From Octopus sinensis (taxonomy: Eukaryota): DNA of 64,000 nucleotides. Position numbers and translations under genes: made by a program. The stretch is from assembly GCF_006345805.1 (NCBI RefSeq), contig NC_043014.1, positions 29,946,001 to 30,010,000 on the forward strand. The letters are read 5' to 3'. The notes beneath the pieces were generated by a model. That model did not search any database. It saw only the letters and a program-made list of their open reading frames with translations, and had not been told where the DNA came from. Positions within the stretch are counted from its first letter, which is position 1. Each line of letters begins with the position of its first letter. Shown one piece after another: positions 26,464 through 38,454 of the stretch.

Positions 26464-26687
26464 CGCGGCATTTGTGCATTGCGGAATATGTGCATCGTGG
26501 AATATGTGCATCGCGGAATATGTGCATCGTGGAATATGTGCATCGTGGAATATGTGCATCGTGGAATATGTGCATCGCGGAATATGTGCATCGTGGAATA
26601 TGTGCATCGTGGAAAATGTGCATCGCGGAATATGTGCATTGCGGAATATGTGCATCGTGGAATATGTGCATCGCAGTATATGTGCAT
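26464..26687. repeat. 16-bp minisatellite, ~14 copies, consensus CG(T/C)GGAATATGTGCAT
   Basis: Directly visible contiguous units with no spacers. Confidence 0.95.
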
Positions 26688-27454
26688 CATGTAATGTGTG
26701 TAACTCGTAGACAATTGAAAGTGTGCAGTACAAACAGAAGAGAATAAAATAAGCAAAAATGACAAACTTCGCTGAAAATAGTGTCCTTTATTTAAAGTCT
26801 ACTGCTGATAGTGAAAAGATGTGCATTCAGAAAAAGAAAAAAATGATTTGTTGAAAGTCTATGTGGGAATCTTATACACGTGCAAAAGTTCGTAGACAAT
26901 GCAGGGTCTGTACGTCGGGGTGAGACGAAAAGCGTGTGCGTGCCGAAAAGGTTGCATGTGCGGGCTTCCGTATTTTCTTCCAGTTAGTTTCAGGGGTGGC
27001 AAACTTAGCTGTCAAAATGTTGCGCTTATAGGCTTTCATGATCGGCGAATTCCTTGTGCGTCGGCAGTGTTGCATTGTTGTGAAGTGCATCGCAGTATAG
27101 TGCTTTCTGTTACGCGTATTGTAACAAGTGGAACGAGGGTGCATCTTGGTGGTGACAAAGGTTGTCATTCTTTAGCTCGGGGATCAGCAAAATGTAGCAA
27201 TAGAAAGTAGCAATTGTTTTTAGACGGGGGCAACAGTGTAATCGATGGATGTGACAACTGTTCATGCGAAGGTGAAGGCTGCAGTTCTTTAACTCGGGGT
27301 CAGCAATTGTAAAGGTAATGTTTTTCGTTGAAGTCGAGGACCACCAATTATAACGGTTAAATAATAATTGATAAACAATAGGATGAAACGTCGGTGTCGT
27401 CAACAATTGTAACGGTTGTGTTGTTAAGGTGCTGGTTGCCAGTATGCAGGATGG

Positions 27455-27768
27455 AAGAAATAATAATGAAATTATTGTATACAGTGCTCAGGTGCACCAC
27501 AACTTGTCAGAGTATATGCAGTAATGTACAAATGTCTGGAAAGCGAACAATGCATGAGTCAGATACTTGCTTGAGTGTGTATGGAGGGGAGAAAATCAGG
27601 TGTAGTGTTGGCGAATTTCAGGAAGCATAGAAGTTTTGAAGGATGCAGTGCTCCGACAACTAACAACTGATGCCGGCAGTTTGTTCCATGCTTCAGCAAC
27701 TCTCAGCGTGAAAAAATGTTTCCTGAAGTCATGGGAGCTGTGCTGTTTTCTGACTTTGTAAATATGCG
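27455..27768 (-). mobile_element. CR1-type LINE 3' end
   Basis: Reverse complement of 38010-38340 (KHFFTLRVAEAWNxLPASVV family) including the 3' UTR. Confidence 0.88.
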
Positions 27769-28444
27769 ATCGAAATTTTAAAGAAATATTTATTTACCGT
27801 TACCTTGTATAATGCCTTGCCTCGACGGGCAGGTGATAAAATCGTAAAGCATGCGAAGTAAATTCTAGTATTTGTAACTATCCAAAACTAGTTAGAAAGA
27901 TGGACATATTATTGAGAACACTAGATTTCGTTGGCGGTCTGTTATCTCTATTCTAGCTTTTGGTGAAATAGAAGAGGTTAGAGGGGTCAAGTGACAAAAA
28001 CATTATTCTGCTTAGCAAAGGCATCTATCTGGCAAAGGTAACTTACTAAATTTACGTGTCCGAAAATGTAAACTCTATCAGCTCTTGAAAGTCATCTATA
28101 AAATTAAGATTTAGTTGTTGAAGATTATCGTCTTGGAGTCGTTACAAAAGACAAATCAAGTTTGCTTGGGTGCATATTTAGTACAACAGGTACCTCAAGC
28201 TGATTAAGCAAACTTATGCTCAAATGTGCAAGAAAACTAAAAAAAAAAAACCTACTATACAGTGAAACACCCAATGTTGATATAAAATACAAATAATGAC
28301 AACACTAATATGTCTCATCGTGTTTCATGCTTATCATAAGGCTACTGTGAACCAATAAACGTAGACTCAAGTCATATGAATACTCACTTAAGCAGCGAAA
28401 TTTCAGTTCATACTTAATTTTCTTCGCTTGTAAGATGTGTTATT

Positions 28445-28850
28445 AAAGGCAGTGAGCTGGCAGAATCGTTAAGCACGCCGGGCAAAATGCTCGGCGATAT
28501 TTCGTCCGTCTTCAAGTTCTGAGTTCAAATTCCGTTGAGGTCGACTTTGCCTTTCATATTTTCGGAGTGGATAAAATAAGTACCAGTTGAGCACTGGGGT
28601 CGATGTAATTTCAGACCTTGTGCCTATAGTAGAAAGGCTTATTAAAGCAGCGAGTTGGCAAAGTTGCCAAATGGCTGCTTTGGCAGAATCATTAGCACGT
28701 TGGGAAATATTCTTAACTGCATTTCGTCCGTCTTTACGTTCTGAGTTCAAATTCCGCCGAAGTCGACAATGTTTGTTGGGGTCGGTAAAATAAGTACCAG
28801 GTGAGAACTGGACTCGATGTAATCGACTTTTCTACCCAACCAAAATATTT
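28445..28850 (+). mobile_element. Two tandem SINE family 2 copies
   Basis: GGCAGTGAGCTGGCAGAATCGTT at ~28448 and GCAGCGAGTTGGCAAAG at ~28648, each followed by the conserved body. Confidence 0.8.
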
Positions 28851-29492
28851 CAAATTTTGTACCGATAGCCAAAAGGTGCATCTATTTTGAATATACCTCT
28901 AGCAGTGACTAAACATTGTCAACCAAAAGCTTCTCTGCATAGCCTCTATTCTGAGTAAATATACTTTTACTGATGTAAGAAAAAAAAAAAAAGATTGTTA
29001 ATATCGCGTTGCGTTTTCAGAGCACCCTTATGGAAAATGAATATATTTATATGACTTGATATAAAATAAATAAATAAAACATAGCGAAACCTGGAGATTA
29101 AAGTAATGGAAAATATTGTGCATTATGTTACGTAGATGTAGTGCTGATGATGGTGATGGTAGCGATGGTGGTGATGATAGTGGTGATGGTGTAAGGGTAA
29201 TAATGATATTGGTGAAGTGGTGAAGAGAATGGTAATGATAGTTGTGGTGGTGGCGGCAAATAATATTGGTGGTGGTGTTTGAGAGAATAGTGTTAGCGAT
29301 TGGGATTGTGATAATTGTGGCTGCGGTATTTTGCATTTCTTTAACACGTAAATATGTTAAGTCGAAGCTGAAGGACTCAACATCGATTGACAAAAGTATG
29401 ATAGAATTCTATAGATAATAATATAATTATCATCAACATCTCAACAAGAAATTAGATAAGTTGAAATAAAGAAACGAAACATGCAAAATGAG

Positions 29493-29835
29493 GACGGCGT
29501 GGCTTTGTGGCAAGAAGTTTGCTTTCCAGTCACAATGGTGCCGGGTTCAGTTCTATTGCGTGGTACTTCGGACCCGTGCCCCGAGCCAACCAAAGCTTTG
29601 TGAGTGACAGAAATAGAAAGAAGACCATCATGTGTGTGTGTGACCACCGCTTGACAACTGGTATTGGTTTGTTTACGTTCTTGTAAATTAGCGGTTCGGC
29701 AAAAGACACTGATAGAATAAGTACCAGGCTTAAAAGATAGTTCTGGGGTCGATTTGTTCGACTAAATGCTTCAAGGCGGTGTCCCAGCATGGCCGCAGTC
29801 CAATGAGTGAAACAAATAAAAGATAAAAGATTAAA
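29493..29835 (+). mobile_element. SINE family 1, diverged
   Basis: GGCGTGGCTTTGTGG head and GGCGGTGTCCCAGCATGGCCGCAG...GAAACAAATAAAAGA tail. Confidence 0.8.
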
Positions 29836-30715
29836 GATATCTAAAATAATAAACCAGTTTATTTACTCAGAGACGTCATCAACATGAAAATCAGTAGTTA
29901 AGTTGTTAATAAATTGAATGTAATTGGGAACATCAAATACCTAATTAGAAATACATCAGATCAATATCATTGTATTTGCTTCAGCAGGTACGGGGTGAGG
30001 AAACAATGTTCCGGTCTCATTAGACCTCCAGGCTCAACCCCACTGTTTAGGAACCTAAACAGAGAATCAATAGAGGTGCGAAAAATTAGCATATGTTACA
30101 AAATGAACCACTGAGGTAGACTAATCGCTCGGAGATGCTTAATATTACGTTAATCCTTTTGTTAAGTAGAAAATATTAATATTGGACATGCTTCAGTATT
30201 ATTAAAACTCCTCAGTAAATTATACATTGCCTTTGTCACGAGGGTGTGAGTAATACATATTATGTAGGTCATAGAATGAAAGATAGATGCTGGTGGTGGA
30301 ACTGAGTTCTGTTCTGGCTGCGTGTAAATGATGCACAACACTAGGGAACAATTTTACAGTAACTTTATTCACAAAATATCTTTTACGTTGGTTTTGAATT
30401 AATAATACAACAAAGCATACAAACTGAAAAAGATGATTCTGTAGTTATTACAAAATAGTTGGTTAAATAGGACCTGTTAATATGTTATCACGATGGAAGA
30501 AAAACAAGTAAAAGAATATTCTCAAGATCTCCTTAACAATCTGAAGATTTTTAATCCAGTTAAATCCAATCATAAGTGAGTCATAAAATATCTCAGGAAA
30601 ATATGGCGTCTGAGAAAGCTAAGAGCAGATGGGCAGACAGAAAATGACTTGTCTGTTCCCAGACACATTTATGGTCATCAGCTATTGGAATAGACGAATG
30701 AGGAAAACATATTTA

Positions 30716-32042
30716 GGTACTTGTCTATTGTCGTGGTCCCGGTTTCTCACACGCGAATTCGCCAGACGTAGGTACTCGATACTCGAGATCCTACGAGGTG
30801 ACTTGCGCATGCGCAGTGCAGAATTCGCGCATGCGCGTTAAACCCCCCCCCAAAAAAAAGGTGTTGGATTTCACTAAAAATATGTGTGTGTGTGTATATA
30901 TATAACATTTTCAATTTTACACAAAAAAATTACATAGTCGCTTTCCTCGCGGATTTACAGATAAATGAATTAATTACTATTTTACAGAATAAAATTAATG
31001 AATTAATTATATAAATTAAATAATTCTTGAAAATTAATTAATATTAATAATTTTTTTGAACAAAGTAAATAATTTATAAAACTTGGTTAATAATTTTTTT
31101 TACACAAACGCGAACGTATATAATTTGTGAAACTTTTTTTTTTTTACAGACGTATATAATTTGGTAAACTTAATGAATTAATTTCTTCTCATCATCATCA
31201 TCGTTTAACGTCCGTTCTCCATGCCAGCATGGGTTGGACGGTTCGACCGGGGATCTGGGAAGCCAGAAGGCTGCACCAGACTCCAGTCTTATCTGGCAAT
31301 GTTTCTACAGCTGGATGCCCTTCCTAACGCCAACCACTCCGAGAGTGTAGTGGGTGCTTTTTACATGCCACCCGCACAGGTGCCAGGAGAGGCTGGCAAC
31401 GGCCACGGTCGGATTGGTGCCAGTCGAGGCGGCTCTGGCATCGGCCACGATTCGGATAGTGCTTTTTACGTACCACCAGTCCAGGGGTCCTGGCATTTGC
31501 CGGGTGCCACACTTGCCCCAACATGTCTTCGCAAGCAAAGGGGGTTGGCGTGGGTGCCTGTCGTGGGATGAGGTTCGATATCAACTTCGCTTGCCTCAAC
31601 AGGTCTTTGTGTATAAATGTATAAATTGTTCGCACTAAATTCTTTCCGTAGAATTTATCAAAAAACGCGCAAAATTATTCCGTAGAATTTATCAAATTAA
31701 AAAACGCAAAATTAATATTTTTTGAAATTGCAAATTATTTAGAATATAAAACAAATGAAGTTAAATTTTAAAAATAAATGTCATATACTTATACTCTGTA
31801 AGGTGCTGTGTTCACACTTCAATTTACTATTTTCTAGAAATGTTGCTTTTCTAATTGAAACAATTTTTCTCAATCTCCATTTAAAAGTCCATAATGCCTC
31901 TTGAGACATATCAAAATGAACAACTTTGAATTACGCGGCGGCGGTGGTGGTGGTGGTGTGAGGTTCTAATTTTTTTTCTGATCTCTCTTTGCCCCCCTAG
32001 ATGGAGGTGTGGTGGGGAGACAGATGAAAGATGTTTCATTCT

Positions 32043-32093
<51 letters not shown>

Positions 32094-33589
32094 CTTAAAC
32101 CGACACGATATAGTCTATAAATTTGGGATGTTTTTGAAAGATATATATTTTGTCATCAGAATATATATACTTTCTCACACTACAATTAAGATATATTTAT
32201 TTTAAATCGTTCATCTTTTCCCGCGACAACAAAAATTGGGCGCGAAAATTTTTCTAAATATTAGCGGAATGAACAACTGAAATAAAGAGGGGGCAAAGAG
32301 AGATCAGAAAAAAAAATTAGAACCTCACACCACCACCACCACCGCCGCCGCGTAATTCAAAGTTGTTCATTTTGATATGGCTCAAGAGGCATTATGGACT
32401 TTTAAATGGAGATTGAGAAAAATTGTTTCAATTAGAAAAGCAACATTTCTAGAAAATAGTAAATTGAAGTGTGAACACAGCACCTTACAGAGTATAAGTA
32501 TATGACATTTATTTTTAAAATTTAACTTCATTTGTTTTATATTCTAAATAATTTGCAATTTCAAAAAATATATTAATTTTGCGTTTTTTAATTTGATAAA
32601 TTCTACGGAATAATTTTGCGCGTTTTTTGATAAATTCTACGGAAAGAATTTAGTGCGAACAATTTATACATTATACACAAAGACCTGTTGAGGCAAGCGA
32701 AGTTGATATCGAACCTCATCCCACGACAGGCACCCACGCCAACCCCCTTTGCTTGCGAAGACATGTTGGGGCAAGTGTGGCACCCGGCAAATGCCAGGAC
32801 CCCTGGACTGGTGGTACGTAAAAAGCACTATCCGAATCGTGGCCGATGCCAGAGCCGCCTCGACTGGCACCAATCCGACCGTGGCCGTTGCCAGCCTCTC
32901 CTGGCACCTGTGCGGGTGGCATGTAAAAAGCACCCACTACACTCTCGGAGTGGTTGGCGTTAGGAAGGGCATCCAGCTGTAGAAACATTGCCAGATAAGA
33001 CTGGAGTCTGGTGCAGCCTTCTGGCTTCCCAGATCCCCGGTCGAACCGTCCAACCCATGCTGGCATGGAGAACGGACGTTAAACGATGATGATGATGAGA
33101 AGAAATTAATTCATTAAGTTTACCAAATTATATACGTCTGTAAAAAAAAAAAAAGTTTCACAAATTATATACGTTCGCGTTTGTGTAAAAAAAATTATTA
33201 ACCAAGTTTTATAAATTATTTACTTTGTTCAAAAAATATTATTAATATTAATTAATTTTCAAGAATTATTTAATTTATATAATTAATTCATTAATTTTAT
33301 TCTGTAAAATAGTAATTAATTCATTTATCTGTAAATCCGCGAGGAAAGCGACTATGTAATTTTTTTGTGTAAAATTGAAAATGTTATATATACACACACA
33401 CACATATATATTTTTAGTGAAATCCAACACCTTTTTTTGGGGGGGGGGGTTAACGCGCATGCGCGAATTCTGCACTGCGCATGCGCAAGTCACCTCGTAG
33501 GATCTCGAGTATCGAGTACCTACGTCTGGTGCGCGCGCGCGCTCGAATTCGCGTGTGAGAAACCGGGACCACGACAATAGACAAGTACC
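30716..33589. mobile_element. Foldback DNA element, 2874 bp, ~1.28-kb near-identical TIRs, 8-bp TSD CATATTTA
   Basis: Arms at 30716-~31999 and ~32289-33589 begin and end GGTACTTGTCTATTGTCGTGG. CATATTTA at 30708-30715 and 33590-33597. The ~290-bp spacer contains (TA)n. No ORF. Confidence 0.9.
31192..31610 (-). mobile_element. RTE 3' UTR insertion in the left TIR, mirrored at 32675-33095 on the + strand
   Basis: (CAT)n + CGTTTAACGTCCG...GGATGCCCTTCCTAACGCCAACC; an exact-position inverted counterpart lies in the right arm. Confidence 0.9.
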
Positions 33590-33769
33590 CATATTTATTT
33601 CTAATTAGATTTTTGATGCTCACTATATTAAATCTGCTAAAACTTAAGCTAAAATGAGGGTTAGTTTAATTAAAGACTGTTTAAAAAGAATATTTATAAT
33701 CTTAGGCGCAGCAGTTTAACTACTTGTGAGCCAATTATTAATGAGAATGTATCAAGATCAGAAATGTTT

Positions 33770-34060
33770 ACCAGACCGCTCAGGCAATGGATGCAGTGAC
33801 CCAACTCAAGCTAATGTGGAAAAATAGTAACAAAATTATGAGGATCAAAATCAGATTCTTGTATGCACCGGAACTCTCCGTCTTCATGTTCGTATACATG
33901 GCGTGGGACTCTCTACAAAGATACAGAGAATGACACAGGCACTGAAAATGAGACGTCACGAAGCTATCCAACATCACACTGACCGCCATGAAGATCTTAC
34001 ACTGATAAAGGGAAGAAAGCTAGTATGCCATGGCTATGCAAGTAATCATCTTCATTAAAA
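33770..34060 (+). mobile_element. Highly decayed RTE-type RT C-terminal fragment
   Basis: AMDAVTQLKLMWKNS..IKIRFL and TLIKGRKLVCHGY resemble the RTE A...L..IWK....TKIR and VK.RKL.W.GH motifs. Confidence 0.5.
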
Positions 34061-34208
34061 AAAATTCGGTTTTACCTCGAAAACCTTCATGCGTGCGCGC
34101 AGGCGCACTGTTGTAAGGGAACATTGGACACAGTGGAACAACCCGTGTAACGTTGAAAATATAATATTCGATGGAAATAACGTGTAACTGCAGCATATGA
34201 CTCCGTCA

Positions 34209-34621
34209 GGGATCTTTTCGGTTTGAACGGCAGTTTTTTCTAGCGGTGTCATATAAAATTGTCACCCATAATTATGACCCTAGTATCGATCTATTTCATT
34301 TCAATCTGTTTTAGGGTTAGGGTTAGGGGGAAGGGCATCTTTTTTCTTCACAAATGTAAATAAACCCAATCTGTTTCTTAAACGAGGGTCATATTCATAT
34401 GGCACAGAATGTCTTCACCTCAATAGACGTCATTGATTGGTTGAAATTGCAGAAATTGAACAAAAAACAACAACAAATATCTTACATACTATAGAATTTT
34501 CTCAATAAAGCCAAGAAAAAAAGATGTTTTATAAACACATTCTACCAGTATACGAAGTTTAAAAGTGTTTAGTTACGTGGAAATTATTTTTAAAAACTGC
34601 CGTTCAAACCGAAAAGATCCC
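34209..34621. mobile_element. PIF/Harbinger-type MITE, 413 bp, 3-bp TSD TCA, ~28-bp TIR, internal (TTAGGG)3
   Basis: GGGATCTTTTCGGTTTGAACGGCAGTTTT at both ends, inverted. TCA at 34206-34208 and 34622-34624. Confidence 0.82.
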
Positions 34622-36002
34622 TCAGTCAGGAACGCCACGACATATCTTAAAAATTATATTACGCAGTCTTGACTCCAATGTGTGTGTGTGGTGTGTGTGC
34701 GCGCGTGCACATGTGCATATGTGTATTTATATGTGCTCAACACCACCTTTAGGTTGCTGCACTGAAGAAATGGGCCTATGCCTTGATCGAAATATGACGA
34801 AATTATATTATTCATGGGCCTACGGTCCTCCGGCTGTAGTTCTCACAACGCCTATTTTAAGATAATGAATTACATATCCGTGTGTTTGATATGTATGTAC
34901 GTATGTATGTATGTATGCATCCATGGATGTATAGTTAGCAACCATGAATTTATGTATATCATTAAAGCAGCAGATAAAATGCAAAGGGAGATTTGGCTAC
35001 TATTTCTTGCAAGTCAATCGACTATGTAGAAACTTTGTTGTAATTGTTTGTGCCTCAGGTTAACTCTGGTCTCGCAGACGTACAAGTGATTGGTTAAATA
35101 GTTAGGTGCAACCCAGAGATTCATTGCTTCAGTTACGCTACTCCACTACTCAGAGTCTCCAAGAACAATTTTTGTAGGGTGAAACAACTGCTTTTGGACT
35201 CATTGGTAGCTGGAGGGAGTCTTCTTGAAATTCAAGGAACCTGTGAAGTTTTTTTTAAAGAAAGGAACCGATCAGATATCCATGGTCCCGTCTTTGATTC
35301 TCCCATCCTTCACTTGCAGGCATTGTCACATACGGTGATTTATGATGTCATGTGTCAGTCCAAATATGTTACTTTTTACGTTACTGTCCTGTTTGATTTT
35401 ATACGTGGGTCCGTTGTTGCCCAGTAGTCACTTGGATAAATGATTAATTGGATATTTTGGTGATTTTGTTGCATGTTTTCCCCTTACAAAACCAAGTCCA
35501 TTTTCGATGAGACCATTTATTTATGCCTAAACATTACAATTATTACAAAAGTTATTCGCTGGAGGGTGTAGCACTGGCTACCGGTGGACAGTCATGTACT
35601 GTGTGCTTGGCCAAGAACTGGCTATTATATTCATATGGTGAAAAGTAGAAAATTTCGCATTCATCGTTGACAAGTGATCTTTTTTAATCTGAGGTCAAGC
35701 AACGATCAAGAATCCTATCCTCTGAGACACCCCTGAAACCACTACATTGACTTCCCACGCGTCTATATTTAGAGATATGTGTTGGCGGGAAGTCATGGAA
35801 ATTTTAACTCGAAATCGTACGATTAAATATTCGCTGCAGAAATTACCACTGGCTGACAATTCAGCTAACTTCGCCTGATATGCTGTACCCTATTTCTTGT
35901 TACTAAACTAACGCGATTTCAATTCTAAACCGCGTTACACTATAATCGAAAGTATTTTAGCCGTGACATTACCGTTTTTTATTCAATCATAGTATAATAT
36001 AG

Positions 36003-36271
36003 CAGCGGTTCCCAACTTTTTTTGCACCACAGACCGATTTTATGCACAGATCAGAGAATCACTCGCAAAACAAAGCACAAATGAAGTGCATAATACATAA
36101 TTTAGCTATACATACATACATGTATATTACACATACATACATACATACATACATACATAATGCAAAAACACTTGCAGATTGCAAGTCAGAATATGAATAA
36201 AATTTTTATTTATTCTTTCAAATAATCCTCGCTCTGGTACTAGTCCGTGACCCGATGGATGGGGTTCCCTG
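36003..36271. mobile_element. hAT-Charlie-like MITE (MER5/MER20-type ends), old
   Basis: CAGCGGTTCCCAACTTTTT start and GTCCGTGACCCG...GGGGTTCCCTG end. TSD not preserved. Confidence 0.5.
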
Positions 36272-37407
36272 CTATATAAGACTACGTAATTGAATGTGCC
36301 CTTCCGTTTATAAAGCTGTAAATTGCAATATTAGGTGGGATTTAGCTATTATTTCTAGCAAGCCAAGTGACCATATAGAAGCTCCCTAAATGACCAGATT
36401 TCTGACTTGTCGTTTGGCCTCAAATCAGCCCTGATCTAGCAGACAAATTGTGAAAGACGATCTAGTGGTAATCGTTCCGTCTCTTATTCTCTCATAAGAT
36501 ATCTACGACTACATGAACACATGTATCTTCCTCTTTTTAAAAATCGTTTGAGTGCAATTGGTTACTTTATTGTTGTCATCTGCCTTTACACTCCACCTGT
36601 CAATCCTGTTTGGCGATAGTTTCAGCATAGAGAAGGTGTATAGTAAAGAAACTCACAAAGAAATACAATTGATGTATATAGATTTTGAAAACAAGGTGGG
36701 CTGAATTTTGTTATGATAGAATCTATATTTCTATTTTCATTTAATGTTGACTTCGTTCCGTGATGAAAATGTAAACACAATGAGCAATTGTAACATGGAA
36801 ATTATTGTTTATTCTATCTTCCTCACTTTTACACACACACGCACACACACTTTCTTTCTCCCCCCTCTCTCTTTCTCTCTTTCCCTCTTTCATTTAACCC
36901 TGACCCACCACTTCCTCTTTGCTCTTTGTAACATTATTATTGTATTGTTAGTAGTCAAGTACTGGGGTGGATGTAATGACTTGCCCCCACTCCTCAAATT
37001 GCTGTCCTTATGCCAAAATTAGTAAGAATTGTATTGTAGTAGTCACTTCAAAGTTATTTGGATTAGTTGTGATCGGAAGTGAAGTAGCTTCATTCATCAT
37101 CAAAAATGTCGATTAAGAGTGAATTTCTTTAAATCATTGTGTTTTTGTCCTCAGTTTCTGTCTTGACAATCAAGTTACATGGGCGTGGGAAGAAAGTACA
37201 TATTAAGTCAACAACAGTTCAAGCTCATGTCATGGTCCACATTTATGTTGCCCAAATCTCCATATTGTGATTTATATATACCTAGCTGTTCTTTCTAGCG
37301 TGTTGAATCCCACGAGTGGATTCCTTATGTGTTTAAATGTACACTGTATTTTATGACTAATACATAGTCTTTGGACTAAATTTTTACACGCTAGGCCACT
37401 GGAAGTG

Positions 37408-37660
37408 AAAATTTCGGATCTTTTCCTTTTGAACGGCAGACAATTTCTAGTTAACTAAACACTTTAAAACTTCGTATACTGGTAGAATGTCTCAAAATAA
37501 AAGATTTTTTTCTCTTGGCTTTCTTGAGAAAATTGTAATTTGTTTGTTTCACGTAGTTTAATTTTTCGAATTTTAACCAATCCTATGCTCTCTTTTGAGC
37601 TAAAATCATTTGCTGCGTCTAAAACTGAGACAACATCCTGTCACTAACCCTAACCCTAAA
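37408..37660. mobile_element. Partial relative of the 34209 MITE in opposite orientation, with CCCTAACCCTAA
   Basis: GGATCTTTTCCTTTTGAACGGCAG and CTAAACACTTTAAAACTTCGTATACTGGTAGAATGT match the reverse complement of the 34209 element. Confidence 0.7.
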
Positions 37661-37760
37661 TTTTTTTTTCTTAATTGTTAAATTAATTTAATTGTTACAC
37701 GTGTAAAAAAAACGAAAGCAATGGAAAATAATTTAAACAATTAAATTAATTTAACAATTT

Positions 37761-38340
37761 GCATCACAGGTCTGGAACCCCTATCTTGCCCAGGATATTA
37801 ATTGTCTGGAAACCGTTCAGCGATGTGCAACCAAGAGAATACCCTCCATCAGGCATTTGTCATATTCTGAATGCCTTACTTTCCTGGGCATGGATACATT
37901 GATACTCCAACGTCTGGCAGCTGACTTGGCAGACACCTATAAAATTATTAACCATCTTACAAACAATAACTCTGAGCACCTTTTCAAACTCCACCTGTCT
38001 AACACCCGTGGACATGTTTACAAAATCAGAAAACAGCACAGCTCCCATGACTTTCAGAAACATTTTTTCACACTAAGAGTTGCTGAAGCATGGAACAGAC
38101 TGCCGGCATCAGTTGTTAGTTGTCGGAGCACTGCATCCTTCAAAACTTCCATGCTTCCTGAGATTCGCCAACACTACACCTGATTTTCTCCCCTCCATAC
38201 ACACGCAAGCATGTATCTGACTCATACACTGTTCGCTTTCCAGTCATTTGTACATTACTGCATATACTTTATATGCACTGTTTGACAAGTTGTATTGCAC
38301 CTGAGCACTGTATACAATAATTCATTATTATTATTATTAT
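37761..38340 (+). mobile_element. CR1-type LINE 3' end with (ATT)n tail
   Basis: ASQVWNPYL...ETVQRCATKRIP, then QRLAADLADTYKI...TRGHVYK...FFTLRVAEAWNRLP. Confidence 0.9.
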
Positions 38341-38386
38341 ACATACATACATACACACTCACACACACACACACACAAATGCACGT

Positions 38387-38419
<33 letters not shown>

Positions 38420-38454
38420 TATATATAGTCTTCCAAGTAATAATATAGGAATTC

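Noticed and set aside
26382-26765. Overlapping ORFs and a CRISPR-like appearance of the 16-bp array
   Set aside because: Units are contiguous with no unique spacers and there are no cas genes. The ORFs are by-products of the repeat.
27940-28050. Exon between TTCTAG acceptor and AAG|GTAACT donor
   Set aside because: Stops in all three frames.
29950-30070. Minus-strand exon candidate (FLNSGVEPGGLMRPEH...)
   Set aside because: In-frame stop before the only good donor; no homology recognised.
34310-34330. Telomere or chromosome-fusion scar
   Set aside because: Only about three TTAGGG units, lying inside a MITE.
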